Notes under the pieces: generated by a model
Told to the model about the DNA's origin: nothing
Seen by the model: the letters and a program-made list of their open reading frames with translations, nothing else
The model's database searches: none
Translations under genes and position numbers: made by a program
NCBI GenBank assembly: GCA_951406725.2
Contig: OX597823.1
Location: forward strand, 19,344,001 to 19,408,000
Reading direction: 5' to 3'
DNA: 64,000 nt
Source of the DNA: Octopus vulgaris
Taxonomy: Eukaryota
Part shown: positions 48,501-61,700 of the stretch, one piece after another
Numbering within the stretch: position 1 is the stretch's first letter
Layout of the letters: each line of letters begins with the position of its first letter

Positions 48501-50559
48501 AGATTTCAAGATAATATCACTGGTTTCCTTAAAAATTAAAGGTTCCAGAAAAACATAATACAATATTGTTATACAAACTAATTGCATAGATGTTATAAAA
48601 TTTATTTTGTTGTTGCAAGACAAGTCATCCTGACTGAGCCTAGAATTAATCACCAACAGTAAAAATTTGAACTCAGCACAGCAAGGTAACAAAACATTCA
48701 TCAATTATACAATCAATGCTCACAATGATAATTAGCACCTACTGTAGTACTTATTAATAACTGAAGTAGTTTACTGAGATGAATTCATATGTCACAGTAA
48801 GCATGTTGTGTTGTTCAGTTAAACATTTATCTTTTGTACTTCTATCTTAGGTACCATAACAGCAAGGGACACATAATAACATAGTTACAGCTGTAAACAC
48901 AGTATTTTACTACAGATGGGGACATAGACAACATACAGCTTTAGTTGGGGACATACATAACATGGTGGTAGGATGGTTAAACTGGGGCCTAATGTTTCAA
49001 GTATTTCCTTCCCTTTGAGAAATAACCATTTTCAAGTTTGGTATAATTCCAAAATCTGAAGAGACTGGTTAAAAACAAAGAAAAAAATATTAAAAAGACA
49101 TGAAACACAGTTGACATCAAACCTGGCACTAAACTTTCTTTTCGTAATATTTTCTTCTCTTCATGTATATACAAACATCTTTTTTATACAATTGTATACA
49201 CTCGTATGTACATATAACACAAACATGTTGATTCTATATTTCTGTGGCAAACCCCTTTATAAAAAGCCCCTATACTCTTTTTACTCTCTCTTTTACTTGT
49301 TTCAGTCATTTGACTGCGGCCATGCTGGAGCACCGCCTTTAGTCGAGCAAATCGACCCCGGGACTTATTCTTTGTAAGTCCAGTACTTATTCTATCGGTC
49401 ACTTTTGCCGAACCGCTAAGTGACGGGGACATAAACACACCAGCATCGGTCGTCAAGCAATGCTAGGGGGACAAACACAGACACACAAACATATACACAC
49501 ACATGCATATATATATATATATACATATATACGACAGGCTTCTTTCAGTTTCCGTCTACCAAATCCACTCACAAGGCTTTGGTCGGCCCGAGGCTATAGC
49601 AGAAGACACTTGCCCAAGATGCCATGCAGTGGGACTGAACCCGGAACCATGTGGTTGGTTAGCAAGCTACTTACCACACAGCCACTCTTGCACCTATGTT
49701 TGTGTATGGCAGTAAGTAGGATTTCAAACAGCCAGTCTTATACTGAGATGACTGTGTTTGTCACAGATACAAGATACAAAAACAAACAAAACAAAACTAT
49801 TGTTGACTCACTGAGAGGGTGGCTGTACAAAACCTTCCTAGAAGTGTTTGTTATCCTATTCACTATGTACAAGCAATCTTTACACAATTTCCTATTTTTG
49901 TAGGAATGCAAAAAATAAAAAATAATATAAAAAAAAATAAACCATAATATTACATAAAACCAGCAAACATACACATCTAAAACCAAACTCAACAAATAGC
50001 TTATATCTCTCCAGAGCAGACAGAGTATTAGTATGTTTATATTGTACATACTCAATAATACAGAGACAATGCTTAGACGCACACACACACACACATATGA
50101 AACAACGATGTACTGTCTGGGTAGACAGTATCTGGGTAGGCAGTATCTACCTAGACAAAAAACTATAAATATTAATTACAAAGAAGTAATTAATATCCAA
50201 TTCGTTATAAAATTGATAATTTAATGATTCATAGGATCAAGTCAATAATTCTGTAAATGGTTAATATTTTGACATTAGACAAACACAATATCCAATATAC
50301 ACACACACACACAAACATATATAGATATATTCCTTTATTTTTTTTCAGCCATGTGGCTGTGTTCATGCTGGAGCATATACATTTTATTAATAATTGGCAG
50401 AAGTTACAGAGTGTCTCAAGGGCCAAGAGTTCTGCACATTGACTGGCATTTATCAAAACTTGATAAAATTTGATAAGAGTGTCAAAACATGAAAAAACCC
50501 CTGAATCACTCAATAACTTCAGGCAGTTTGTAATAAAAGGATGTATACATATATATATA

Positions 50560-50736
50560 TATATAATTATAATAATAAGGGTTTTTTGCAACAAGTTGCT
50601 TAACCACATACTGAAAATTTTAGAAATTTATTTTTGTAGTAAAAGCAAATAGTAGTCTTTTGGCTGCTATTTCTAAAATTTTCGGTATGTGGTTAAGAAA
50701 CTTGTTGCAAAAAACCCTTATTATCATAATTATATA
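50560..50736. repeat. Inverted repeat with 68-bp arms and a 41-nt loop
   Basis: 50560-50627 is the near-perfect reverse complement of 50669-50736. Confidence 0.9.
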
Positions 50737-50960
50737 ATTTTTTACCGAATATGGTCCTTTTCCATACCGAAATACTACTAGGTGAAATTTGTTGATTTTA
50801 TTAAATTAATTATATTTCACCCTATATCTGTAATGACTATATATATATATATATATTTAAAATTGAGGATAAAATCTTTATAAGAAATTATCAGTAGTTA
50901 GCGTGAAAAACTTCGTAAGAGAAAAAATCCGTAAATTTTTCCACTGAAAATATTTATTTA

Positions 50961-51332
50961 TATTATATAGAGGGTACTAATATTCATAGATACCGCACGC
51001 TACGAGGGACCCTTGCGGTCAAAACTACTAAATTAAACAAATTTGTACCGAATGCAAAACTTCAAAGCAAGTCATTTAAAAAAAAGAATTTAGTTACATA
51101 TCACCTGTGATTTCGCAATTAATGCAGAATATGCATTCTATGCTCATCAGTGCAACAAACTCAAGACATATAAGAAAAAACATAACATTACAAACCCGAC
51201 AACCAACCGTAGAATTCGTCATAGCATGTACGAATGTTTATTCGGTACAATTTTGTTTATTTTAGTAGTTTTGACCGCAAGGGCCCCTCCTAGCGTGCGG
51301 TATCTATGAATAGTAGTACCCTCTATATAATA
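50961..51332. repeat. Inverted repeat with 93-bp arms enclosing a hammerhead motif
   Basis: 50961-51053 pairs with 51240-51332 with few mismatches. Confidence 0.9.
51093..51156 (-). ncRNA. Type I hammerhead ribozyme motif
   Basis: Minus strand gttgca-CTGATGA-gca...aatgca-tattc-tgcatt...tgc-GAAA-tcac-ag-gtga-TA-tgtaac: 6-bp stem I with one G-U pair, complete core. Confidence 0.83.
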
Positions 51333-54300
51333 TATATATATACATACATACATGCATTTATGTTTTTAGTTTTATTTTCCTGTTTGTATCACCACATGCA
51401 CACACATACATAATTTGATTTTCATTTTGCCTGAACCATTTTATGAAGTTCTCAGAATGGTAATTGTTAATTGCTGACAATTTACTTCGATGCCTACTGC
51501 CTACCCTGAGTAGTTACTGACCACCACACGACTGATGTAACATACACACACATTGCACAAGACCTTGAACCACACAAACACACACACTACATTCCTCACC
51601 TCGTTAGCGTCACCATTCATCGTCTACATATACCATTATTATATATATATAAACACAAACCTACAGGAGACTCAAAACGCTCACTACTGCCTTTCAGGAC
51701 ACTGTTATTGCTGTAACTATTGTTGTTTTCACCGGTTCATATTGTATATGAAGAACACAAGAACAACAGAGACAGCGGAATCAGAATGTGGTAACCAATG
51801 GTACAACTACACATACTACAATCATTCCTATTACCATCATCATTATTTTCATTTCAAAAAAAGATTAAAAAAAATATGAAGAGAAACGTACAATAAGGGA
51901 AAGATACATTAAGTACCACAAGTTTTTTCAGTGACAGGAAGCAATGTCTGCAGTGTAGTTTCAATTCCTTCTCGTTTCCTTTGTCTGAATTTTTCTTTTT
52001 TTTTTTTTTTCTTTCCCCCTCTCTTTTGTTTTATCTTTTTTTTTTTTTTAACATCTGCCTCACAGCTTGTTGCTCCCTCACCACTGCAGTTGGTTCACAA
52101 CTCTCACCACCACCACAACCACAACAGTGCCACAATCATTGTTATTACTGTTATAATCATCACATCACAGTAGTTAATTCAGATCTGAATAAAATTATAT
52201 ACATATATATACACACACACATATATATATATATATATACACATATATATATATATACACATATATATATACACATATATATATATATACACATATATAC
52301 ATATACACATATATATATATATACATATATACACATATATATATATACATATATATAGATATACATATATATATATACACACACACACATACACAATTAT
52401 ACACACACACATTTATATACATATACACATATCTACATTTTGTATATGTGTGTACATATAGAGATACACACACACACACATGTACGCATATATATATACA
52501 CACACACATATATACATACACACTTATATGCATATACACACATGCATGTGTGTGTATATATACATACATGCATAAATATATGTATGTATGTATGTATGTA
52601 TGTAGTGGGGACCATTAAAAGAATACAAGAATGAATTCATAGACCTATGAATGTGAGGGAGAAGAGAAGAAGATGTTTTTTTTTTATATATTTTTTATAT
52701 TTTACAAGGGTGCCATATGAGTATTTAGTGGAGTGATGTGAGGAAGTGGGGGATGAAATGTTAAGAGGAATTTATGTACAAGTGGACAAAGAGAAAGAGA
52801 AACAAGCCAGAGTATAAAGAGAGTATCAATGTGTACAGTTATGACTTCAAATATGCAACACTGTTGCTGAACATTTTTTAAAAAACTCTTTAGCATTTAT
52901 TTTGGCCATATTCGGCCCAAATATTCCACCCGTTTTATGTTCAAACTAACCAGATCCAGCCTCTCACGCCTACCCTACAATATCATTCTAAAAATACACA
53001 ATCACATCATCGAAATCTATACTCTTTTACTCGTTTCAGTCATTTGACTGCGGCCATGCTGGAGCACCGCCTTTGGTCGAGCAAATCGACCCTAGGACTT
53101 ATTCTTTGTAAGCCTAGTACTTATTCTATCGGTCTCTTTTGCCGAACCACTAAGTTACGGGGACGTAAACACACCAGCATCGGTTGTCAAGCGATGTTGG
53201 GGGGTACAAACACACATACATATATACGACGGGCTTCTTTCAGTTTCCGTCTACCAAATCCACTCACAAGGCTTTGGTTGGCTCGAGGCTATAGTAGAAG
53301 ACAATTGCCCGAGGTGCCACGCAGTGGGACTGAACCCGGAACCATGTGGTACGTAAGCAAGCTACTTACCACACGACCACTCCTACACCTGATTAATTTT
53401 AAACTGTGAATAAATAAGTATCATATTTGACACAGTAATCTGAATGCTAAAGGGTAAATTTTTTTGTTTGTGCGAATGATTGCATCTCTTTGGATATTTG
53501 AGTGATGTCGTCATCAAAATTTTCATCTCTGCTTTTCCACACTACCATGAGTTGGACTTTTGGAGACAATGTTTTATAACCAGATGCCCTTTCCTAACAC
53601 CAACCCCCTTTTAGTACATGTAAGAGATAAGGTATGCCTTTCGAAAACCAGGAATACACTCAGATAGCAAGACTCTGCTGCTGATTTAACATGTTGACTC
53701 CTGAGCCCCATTTCTTGTTTTGTCCCAAGGTACCAGCACAATATCTTGATTAATTTTGATATGGGTACCATATCATATGTGATGCAAAAGATCATGGAAG
53801 TGACATTAGGGTCTTGCAAACATTCCACTACAACCTTCTGCTGGGTTGTGTGGGAAGGCAACATGTTAAATAACCAACAACTCTTCTATATTGAACCCTT
53901 CACATGATATGACTATGAACAATGATGGGGTCAAGACAGTGCTTACCCCTCATCTGACGACATAGAGCCTAAATTTATGTTCTTAGAGAGAGAGAGAGAC
54001 AGATATGGCTATCTCTTGGCAGTATTCCACTACATCGTTCAGGTGTCTGAACTGATAACAACAAAGGGCCCATGGAATAGTGATTGTACTGATGCAGGAA
54101 TGGACAACATTTTGATGCTGTCATCCTGCCAGATGGGCACTCATTTCGAAAAGTGGACATTTACATTCAACCAGGTTAGCTGGGTGGAAAGGAGAAGGAG
54201 AAGGCCAGCCATGTAGCAAGGTCCATGTTGGCAAATTCTACACACTGAAGCAATGTATTTAGTTTGGCTTACTGTTTCAGCCACACCACCATCTTATTCT

Positions 54301-54671
54301 GCATAAATACTACATCTACACACCTGTATCTAAGCAGGTGTTTCATTACAAAATCTGTGTATACAACAAGGTATATAATGAGAATAGGAGTTAGAGGTGG
54401 CACACGCTTGAATGAACCAAGGAGAAAACTTCTCAGTGGTTGCTCATCCCGCAAGAAACGAGGAATCAAATCACACTCAGCTGTCTTAAAGGAAGACAAA
54501 TTGGACAATGCAGTCCCTGATACACACACACACACACACACACAAAAAACAGGATGTCCATGGCTGGAATGCCTTTGATCATAGTTCTGCTAAAAGCACA
54601 CACACACAAATGTACATATACATACCTACACATAGGTTTTTGTACATGTGTAGGTATGTGATAATCCTTAA

Positions 54672-54893
54672 CCCTTTAGTGTTCAGATTATTCTGTCAAA
54701 TGTGATGTTTGTTTATTTAAAATGGTTTGAATTAATCCTGCATTATCTTGTTGTTTAGAGATTTCAGTGATGTGTTTTTTTTTAGTTTTAGAATGACATT
54801 GTAGGGCTGAGGTGAGAGGCGAGATCTGGTCAGTTTCAATATAAAACTGATTAAATATTTTGGCCAGATATGGCCGGTTTGAATGCTAAAGAG
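54672..54893. mobile_element. TTAA-type MITE (ccctttag.../...gctaaagag); related copies near 6310-6532, 13780-14850 and 52890-53455, the last two split by SINE insertions
   Basis: Recurrent sequence with short TIRs and TTAA-like flanks. Confidence 0.6.
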
Positions 54894-55366
54894 TTAATAC
54901 TTTCCAACGAATGATACTAGCAGCACAGGATTTTGAGTCTCATCTTCCTGTTCCTCATTCTGCTTGTTTGTCTTCTGAAAAGTGAGCTGAGAGGGTGACG
55001 GTGAGGGAAATGGGTCACTTCTGGTGGGTAGAGCAAAGTGTGTATGTTGTTGCACACATACAAGACACACACACACATTATTATATATATATATATATAT
55101 ATTATAAGGTACATATGTGCTTGTGATTACATATATGTATGTATGTATGTAACTGAATGAACAAGTCTGTTACTTGTTATTCTCATAATCATCGTTAATT
55201 AAAAACCTTTCTAATGCAGTTGTAACGATGAGCTGTCAGGGCATGGTTCCTGTCATTCAGCTGTTCTTTGGTTCAATCTCAAGTGACTTTGCTAATGGGA
55301 GGAAAATAGCAATGTTTTTTTTTTTTTGTTTTACATACATATATACATACATACATATATATACAC

Positions 55367-55422
<56 letters not shown>

Positions 55423-55918
55423 TCTTATTTGTTCTAAGAGAAAGAGTTATTGGGGTAGGGAAGCAACGTTTATCATCAATTTTTTTCCCCTTTTCTCTCT
55501 CTATTTTTTTGATTCTTGTATCCTTTTTAATGAAAAATTTCAACAGATTCCCCAGCACACTATAAAGTTTTTGATGCCTTTCCCTCAGGGTTTTGGTTAG
55601 TAGTGCGAACATTTCGGCAGCGAGGAAAACAATTCCTGAGCAGTTCCCTGAATGAATGATAGATCTAAGGAAGGAAAATGAAAAAAAAAAAAAAAGTGTG
55701 GGAGAGGGGTTGTTGTTTTCAGTAGGTGGGGAAAAAAAAATCTCTTTTTTGGTAACTATTATACAATGTCTACATTGGAAGACATCTCCCCCTCCTTTGA
55801 ATATTATACAGTAATTGCGGTGGGGGGAGGGGAACGGGCTGATTTGAGATCGGAGGAACTAAAATGGGTTTTGGTTAACGGTTGTAATATTACATATCTC
55901 AACTACCAACCAAAACAC

Positions 55919-55954
<36 letters not shown>

Positions 55955-55974
55955 TTCATTAATAAAAAAAACAA

Positions 55975-56059
55975 CTAAAAATAGTCTTCATATATTTTTG
56001 GGTCTATAAAGGTCGGTCGAGGAATTCTGAAGTCTCCTCCTTCATGTAGTCTTTGTAAA
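55975..56059 (-). CDS. Terminal coding exon (LQRLHEGGDFRIPRPTFIDPKIYEDYF*)
   Basis: Acceptor ttttctcttttgcag, in-phase read to TAG. Confidence 0.85.
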
Positions 56060-58660
56060 CTGCAAAAGAGAAAACAGAATGTGTTGTTAAAAATGATGGT
56101 TTGAAATGGCAAAGAGTTTTAATAAATAAATGATCAAAGTTGATGGATTAGAGTGAAAGAAGTGAGAAAACTAATTAAAGTCTTTCCTGACCATATTTCT
56201 AATGAAGTATTTTGTCTGTCAATTCTAATTTTGAAAAAATAATCAAAAATTCACAAGGATTCAGTAAATTAATTTTATCATTATTAAGTTGATGTCTGGA
56301 ACATAACAAACGATCTGACATAAAATTATAAAGGAGAAATGGAATTCAAAAGAAAGAAGCATTTTAAAATTGATCAGTTTTGTATCCCTGAACAGAGATG
56401 GTCTCTGGTGAGTTGGTGTCAAATAGGTGTTAGTTAATATACTGGGACTGCGTCTAGATCATGGATTAGGGGGTCAAAGCAGGAGTTAGGCATAGTAATA
56501 GAGAACTCTTAGAGAAATTACCGTAAACAGGTCAAGGGGTCAATTAGTATTTGGGTTCTGTAGTGAATAAGGAGCTCACATGGATGTTGGGGATAGGTAT
56601 CAGAAATCCTAGGGAATATGCTTGAAAGAGATATGCAAGTTTTCTAGGAAAGAGAAACAGGTCTCATCTGTTTGATACCATAGGGACCAGAGCCAAAAAC
56701 AGGCCCTTGGGAACTGTACCATGTCAACATCTATACACTCATTAGTTTATGGCAGGGTGCAGAATGTCAATGGTGAGAAGATAATAAATGCACTTTACTG
56801 ACCACACACTGCTGCCTGTTGGTCTTTGAATGCTTTTAGTAGAATGTTTTAGAATTGGCAGTCATCATCATCATCGTTTAACGTCTGCTCTTCATGCTAG
56901 CATGGGTTGAACTGTTCAACTGGGGTCTGGGAAGCCAGAAGGCTGCACCAGGCTCCAGTCTGATCTGGCAGTGTTCCTACAGCTGGATGCCCTTCCTAAC
57001 GCCAACCACTCTGTGAGTGTAGTGGGTGCTTTTTACGTGCCAGACGAGGCTGGCAAAAGGCCATGATCGGATTGGTGCTTTTTACGTGCCACCGGTACGG
57101 AAGCCAGTCAAGGCGGAGCTGGCATCGGCCGAGAGAATGCTTCATGGTAATTATTCTAAACTTTGCCCTTAACCTCTCAGAGTTGATAAAAAAGTACTAC
57201 AACAGCATAGTAGATTGAAAGAAATGTAAGAATATCAGACTGAATGCTTTGCTGTATTTATTCCAGCTCTTGGTGGTTATAAGTTTAAATCCCACAAGGG
57301 CCTATTGACTTGATTTGTTGCCTAGTTTTAATACCCCCCATTTAGCACCTTGGATGCCTTCAGCAGAATCTATTCTGTTGTAGGCATTTGAACAAGTCTC
57401 CAATTTAAGGATACTCCATCCCACCACCCTCAAAGGCTCTGTAAAGCATTGTGGACGACACTGTTGTCCCTTCTGACTAAAATACGGCCAGCAGGAGAAA
57501 AGTATTCTGTTGCAACCAATCAGGCCAGATATCTGATCTACGGTTAAATGTCTTCCTTTTTTCCACCAGTTTCAAAAAGCCTAGAATGGGTTATGGGTAT
57601 TGCTCTTCCTCTTCTGGTCAAGTTAAAACCTCAAAAAAATGTACAAGAAGCTAGTCTATCTACTATAATCAATACTTTTCCCCAAATGAAACAAAAGTGT
57701 CAACTTTCAGTAGTATATACCTTGCAGTAAATATACCTGATAAGAGTCCATTTTTCTCTAAGCTAAAATATGTCCGAGACAGTTATATGTGAAATGATCC
57801 GGTCTATCTGACTGTCAATAGGTAACGCAGAGTAGAAAACATCTTCACATCCCTAAGTAGCAGTAACAGCACTATACAAAGGTGGGATCTTTTCGGTTTG
57901 AACGGCAGTTTTTCTAGCGGTGTCATATGAAATTTTCATCCATAATTATGACCCTAGTATCGATCTATTGCATTTCAATCTGTGTTAGGAGTGGGGGGGG
58001 AAGGGTATCTTTTTTTCTTCACAAATGTAAATGAACCCAATCTGTTTCTTAAACGAGGGACATATTCATACAGCACAGAATATGCTAAAGACAAGGTATG
58101 AACTGCCAAGCATTTAGTCTGTCATCCAGTATCCTATCCACTTTGCCGCTACACTCTCTGCCAACACACACAATAAAAGGTGGAACCCCTTAGTACCTTG
58201 GTGAATATAGGTAATACAAAAATAAAAAAAAAAAAAAACATTCTACACCTTTGGACATAGCACATCTGAATGAACCCAAAACTGTGGATCTGTAGTCCAA
58301 TACTGAATTTATCTAAGCAAGAATTAACGAAAGAAGATGGCGAGTATCTGTCTACTTACCTTTGTAAGAAAAGAGAATTTGTGAAAATTGGTTGTGGTGT
58401 TTTATGGAAGCGTACAATGGGAGGTAGAGGTACGTCGTCTTTCCTGTGGGGAAGAGAAATATCATCATCATCAGTAAAATAGCAGCAATACAGGTGTGGT
58501 GGAGGTAGTGGTGGTTTGTGTGTGTGTGTGTGTGTGTGTGGTATTATTGTTGTTTAGCTCAACACTGACTCTGGTCAGGTAGAACTGGGCACAGATTCAT
58601 GGCACACAGGTGATCAACCGATCATAGGTGGAGTGTTTGGAGTAAAGGTACCAACAAAGC

Positions 58661-58738
<78 letters not shown>

Positions 58739-61700
58739 ACCATCATCATTTAACGTCTATTTTCCATGCTGATATGGGTTGGATGGTTTGACAGGATCCA
58801 ACAAGCTGCAGAGCTGCGTCTGGCCCTAATGCCATCTTCGGCATAGTTTCATTAGCTGGATGCTCTTCCTAATGATGGGCATTTTATGAAAGTTCACTGG
58901 ATGCATTTTTTTCCCATGACAATGGCCACTAGTAAGGTGACCAAGTATTTTACAAGATAAATAAAGGAAACGGAAAAAGCTGCTTCAATTTAGAGGGATT
59001 GCATTTGAGAATGGGCGGTGGCTTTATGCCAGATATTGAATGTTGAAGTGTGACAGAGGGACAAGCACAGGTTTTTTGCCATAGAGAAGATACATGGCTA
59101 CCTCCGCATTATATGAGGGTAGGTAAGAGTAGCTGGAAGAGAGAGATAAAAATGGTATTTGGTAGCTGTAAATTCACCATAAGTCAGCCATCATCATCGT
59201 TTAATGTCCGCTTCCTATGCTAGCATGGATTGGACGATTTGACTGAGGTCTGGTGAACCAGATGGCTGCACCAGACTCCAATCTGATCTGGCAGAGTTTC
59301 TATAGCTGGATGCCCTTCCTAATGCCAACCACTCCGAGAGTGTAGTGGGTGCTTTTATGTGCCACCTGCACGAGGGCCAGTCAGGCAGTACTTGCAATGG
59401 CCACACTCAAATGGTGCTTTTTATGTGCCACCTGCACAGGAGCCAGTCCAGCAACGATCTAGCTTGAATGTTTTTTCATATGCCACCAGCACAAGTGCCA
59501 GTAAGGTGATGCAGGTACGATCACGCTCGAATGGTGCTTTTTACGTGTCACCAGCACGGAGGCCAGGTTGTTGCCCCGGCAATGATCACACTCGTATGGT
59601 ACTCTTAGCGCTCTACTAGCACGGATGCCAGTCATCGAATTTGATTTCGATTTCGAAGCACACACATACACACACAAGTAAATACAGGTTCCCTGCAAGC
59701 TGAATTTACAAGTGCAGCACAGCTTTGCAACATTGTGGGACCCAGGTTCTAGGTATGAGTCCTGAAAGCAGAGCATCTTGAGAGGCAGACAACGATATGA
59801 TGTTGCAGCTGCTGATGGAGTTAATGAATATGAAACATTACAGTGATGGTGAGGATGGTAGTTTTGGTAATGCAGCTCCCACTGATGACAATTTTGTCTG
59901 TAGTGGTGGCAGTGATACATAGACAGTGATGACGATGACATCATTCAACATTCTCTTTTCCTTAATGGCATGGGCAAGAACAGACAAGCGAAAGGGTGCT
60001 GTCATCATCATCATCGTTTAGCATCCGCTTTCCATGCTAGCATGGGTTGGACGGTTCAACTGGGGTCTGTGAAGCCAGAAGGCTGCACCAGGCCCAGTCT
60101 GATCTGGCAATGTTTCTACGGCTGGACGCCCTTCCTAACGCCAACCACTCCGTGAGTGTAGTGGGTGCTTTTTACGTGCCAGACGAGGCTGGAAAATGGC
60201 CATGATCGGATGGTGCTTTTTATGTGCCACCGGCACGGAGGCCAGGTGCTATATCTATTGGGTTGTCCGAAAAGTTTGTGCTGATTTATAGTAGCTTACC
60301 TTTCGACTTATTTTAGAACATGGTTGAGTCCACAAAATAGGATTTGACTACACCTCCATTTAGAGCACAGTTTAAGCTATCTTTCTGCAGAAGAAGGTTT
60401 ATGTTCCTATAACCTGTGTTAATTCTGTAACCCTTTAAAATGGAAGATAAGAAAGTTCATTTTCGGCACTTGATGCTTTTCTTTTTCTGTAAAGGGAAAA
60501 ATGCCTCACAAGCAACCAAAGAAATATGCGCAGTTTACAGTGATGTTTCTTTATCTGAAAGCACTGTACGGAAGTTGTTTGCAAGGTTCTGAGCTGGAGA
60601 TTGGAGCCTTATTGATAAAGAGCGATAAGGCAGACCATCCACTACAGATGATGACCAAATCAAGTCATTAATTAAGAATAACCTACATTGCACAACCCGG
60701 GAATTGGCAGAAAGCCTCAACTTATCAAAATCCGTCGTTCACGAGCACATGGTAAAGCTTGGGTAATGGCAAGTATTTATTGACCTTTTTCTTTCCTTTA
60801 AAAATCAGTACAAACTTTCTGGACAACCCAATACTTTGGCATGGTTTCTACAGGTGGCTGCCCTTCCTAATGATGCAGATATATCATCAGAATGAACTTA
60901 CCTGAACGTTTGACGTACTGATAGTCTTCGAAATTTAAAAAATATAATTAGGAATATCAGGAAGAGGGCTAGCAATGCACCGGTACCACCTGCCCAGTAG
61001 TACCAGACCTCTGGTTGTCCTGTGTTTGCAACTGTAACCAAATGGAAAACAAAATATATAAATCACTGAGAAAGTTATGTTTATAAGTTGAAATGGTTTG
61101 CAAATTTCCACAAAATTATTTCACAAAGTATCCTTATAGCTATGATCATCATCATCAGAGCTGACTTGTATCAGAATGAGATATCTTGTAGGTGATGAGG
61201 ACATCTGTGCGTGTATAATGTAGAATTAGCTTTTGCATATATAAACCATCACACACCAACCCCATGTATACACACACACATCAGCTATCACATGTATGAG
61301 TACACCTGTGTATGCATGATGAGTCTAATACAGAATAAACTATTTCACACACATTGGCCACCATACACCATGTATTATGCATTATCTGTAAGACACAATC
61401 CAGCCATTACACAGGGTTTGAAACAATAACCAGATCACCTGGAGATAATCTCAATGTAGACCGAAATTAAACTAACACCCAAGATAAACTCTGGTTCTGT
61501 GCTTAACTGATATACAGCACTGTGCCCTTCACGACTGGAGAGTATAGAGTTGATAATGGTTAAATTGTTCGAATGCTAAACTTCAAGAATCATAAATCAT
61601 GAGTTGAAATCCACGTTGAGAGACCTTCAGTGGCATATTTAACCCTTTCATTACCAACCTGCCTGAAACCGGCTCTGACTCTGAGTACAAATGTCTTGTT

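Noticed and set aside
49460-49903. Recurrent ORFs containing RLPNPLTRLW / QIHSQGFG
   Set aside because: Chance open frames of SINE family A, repeated in many copies.
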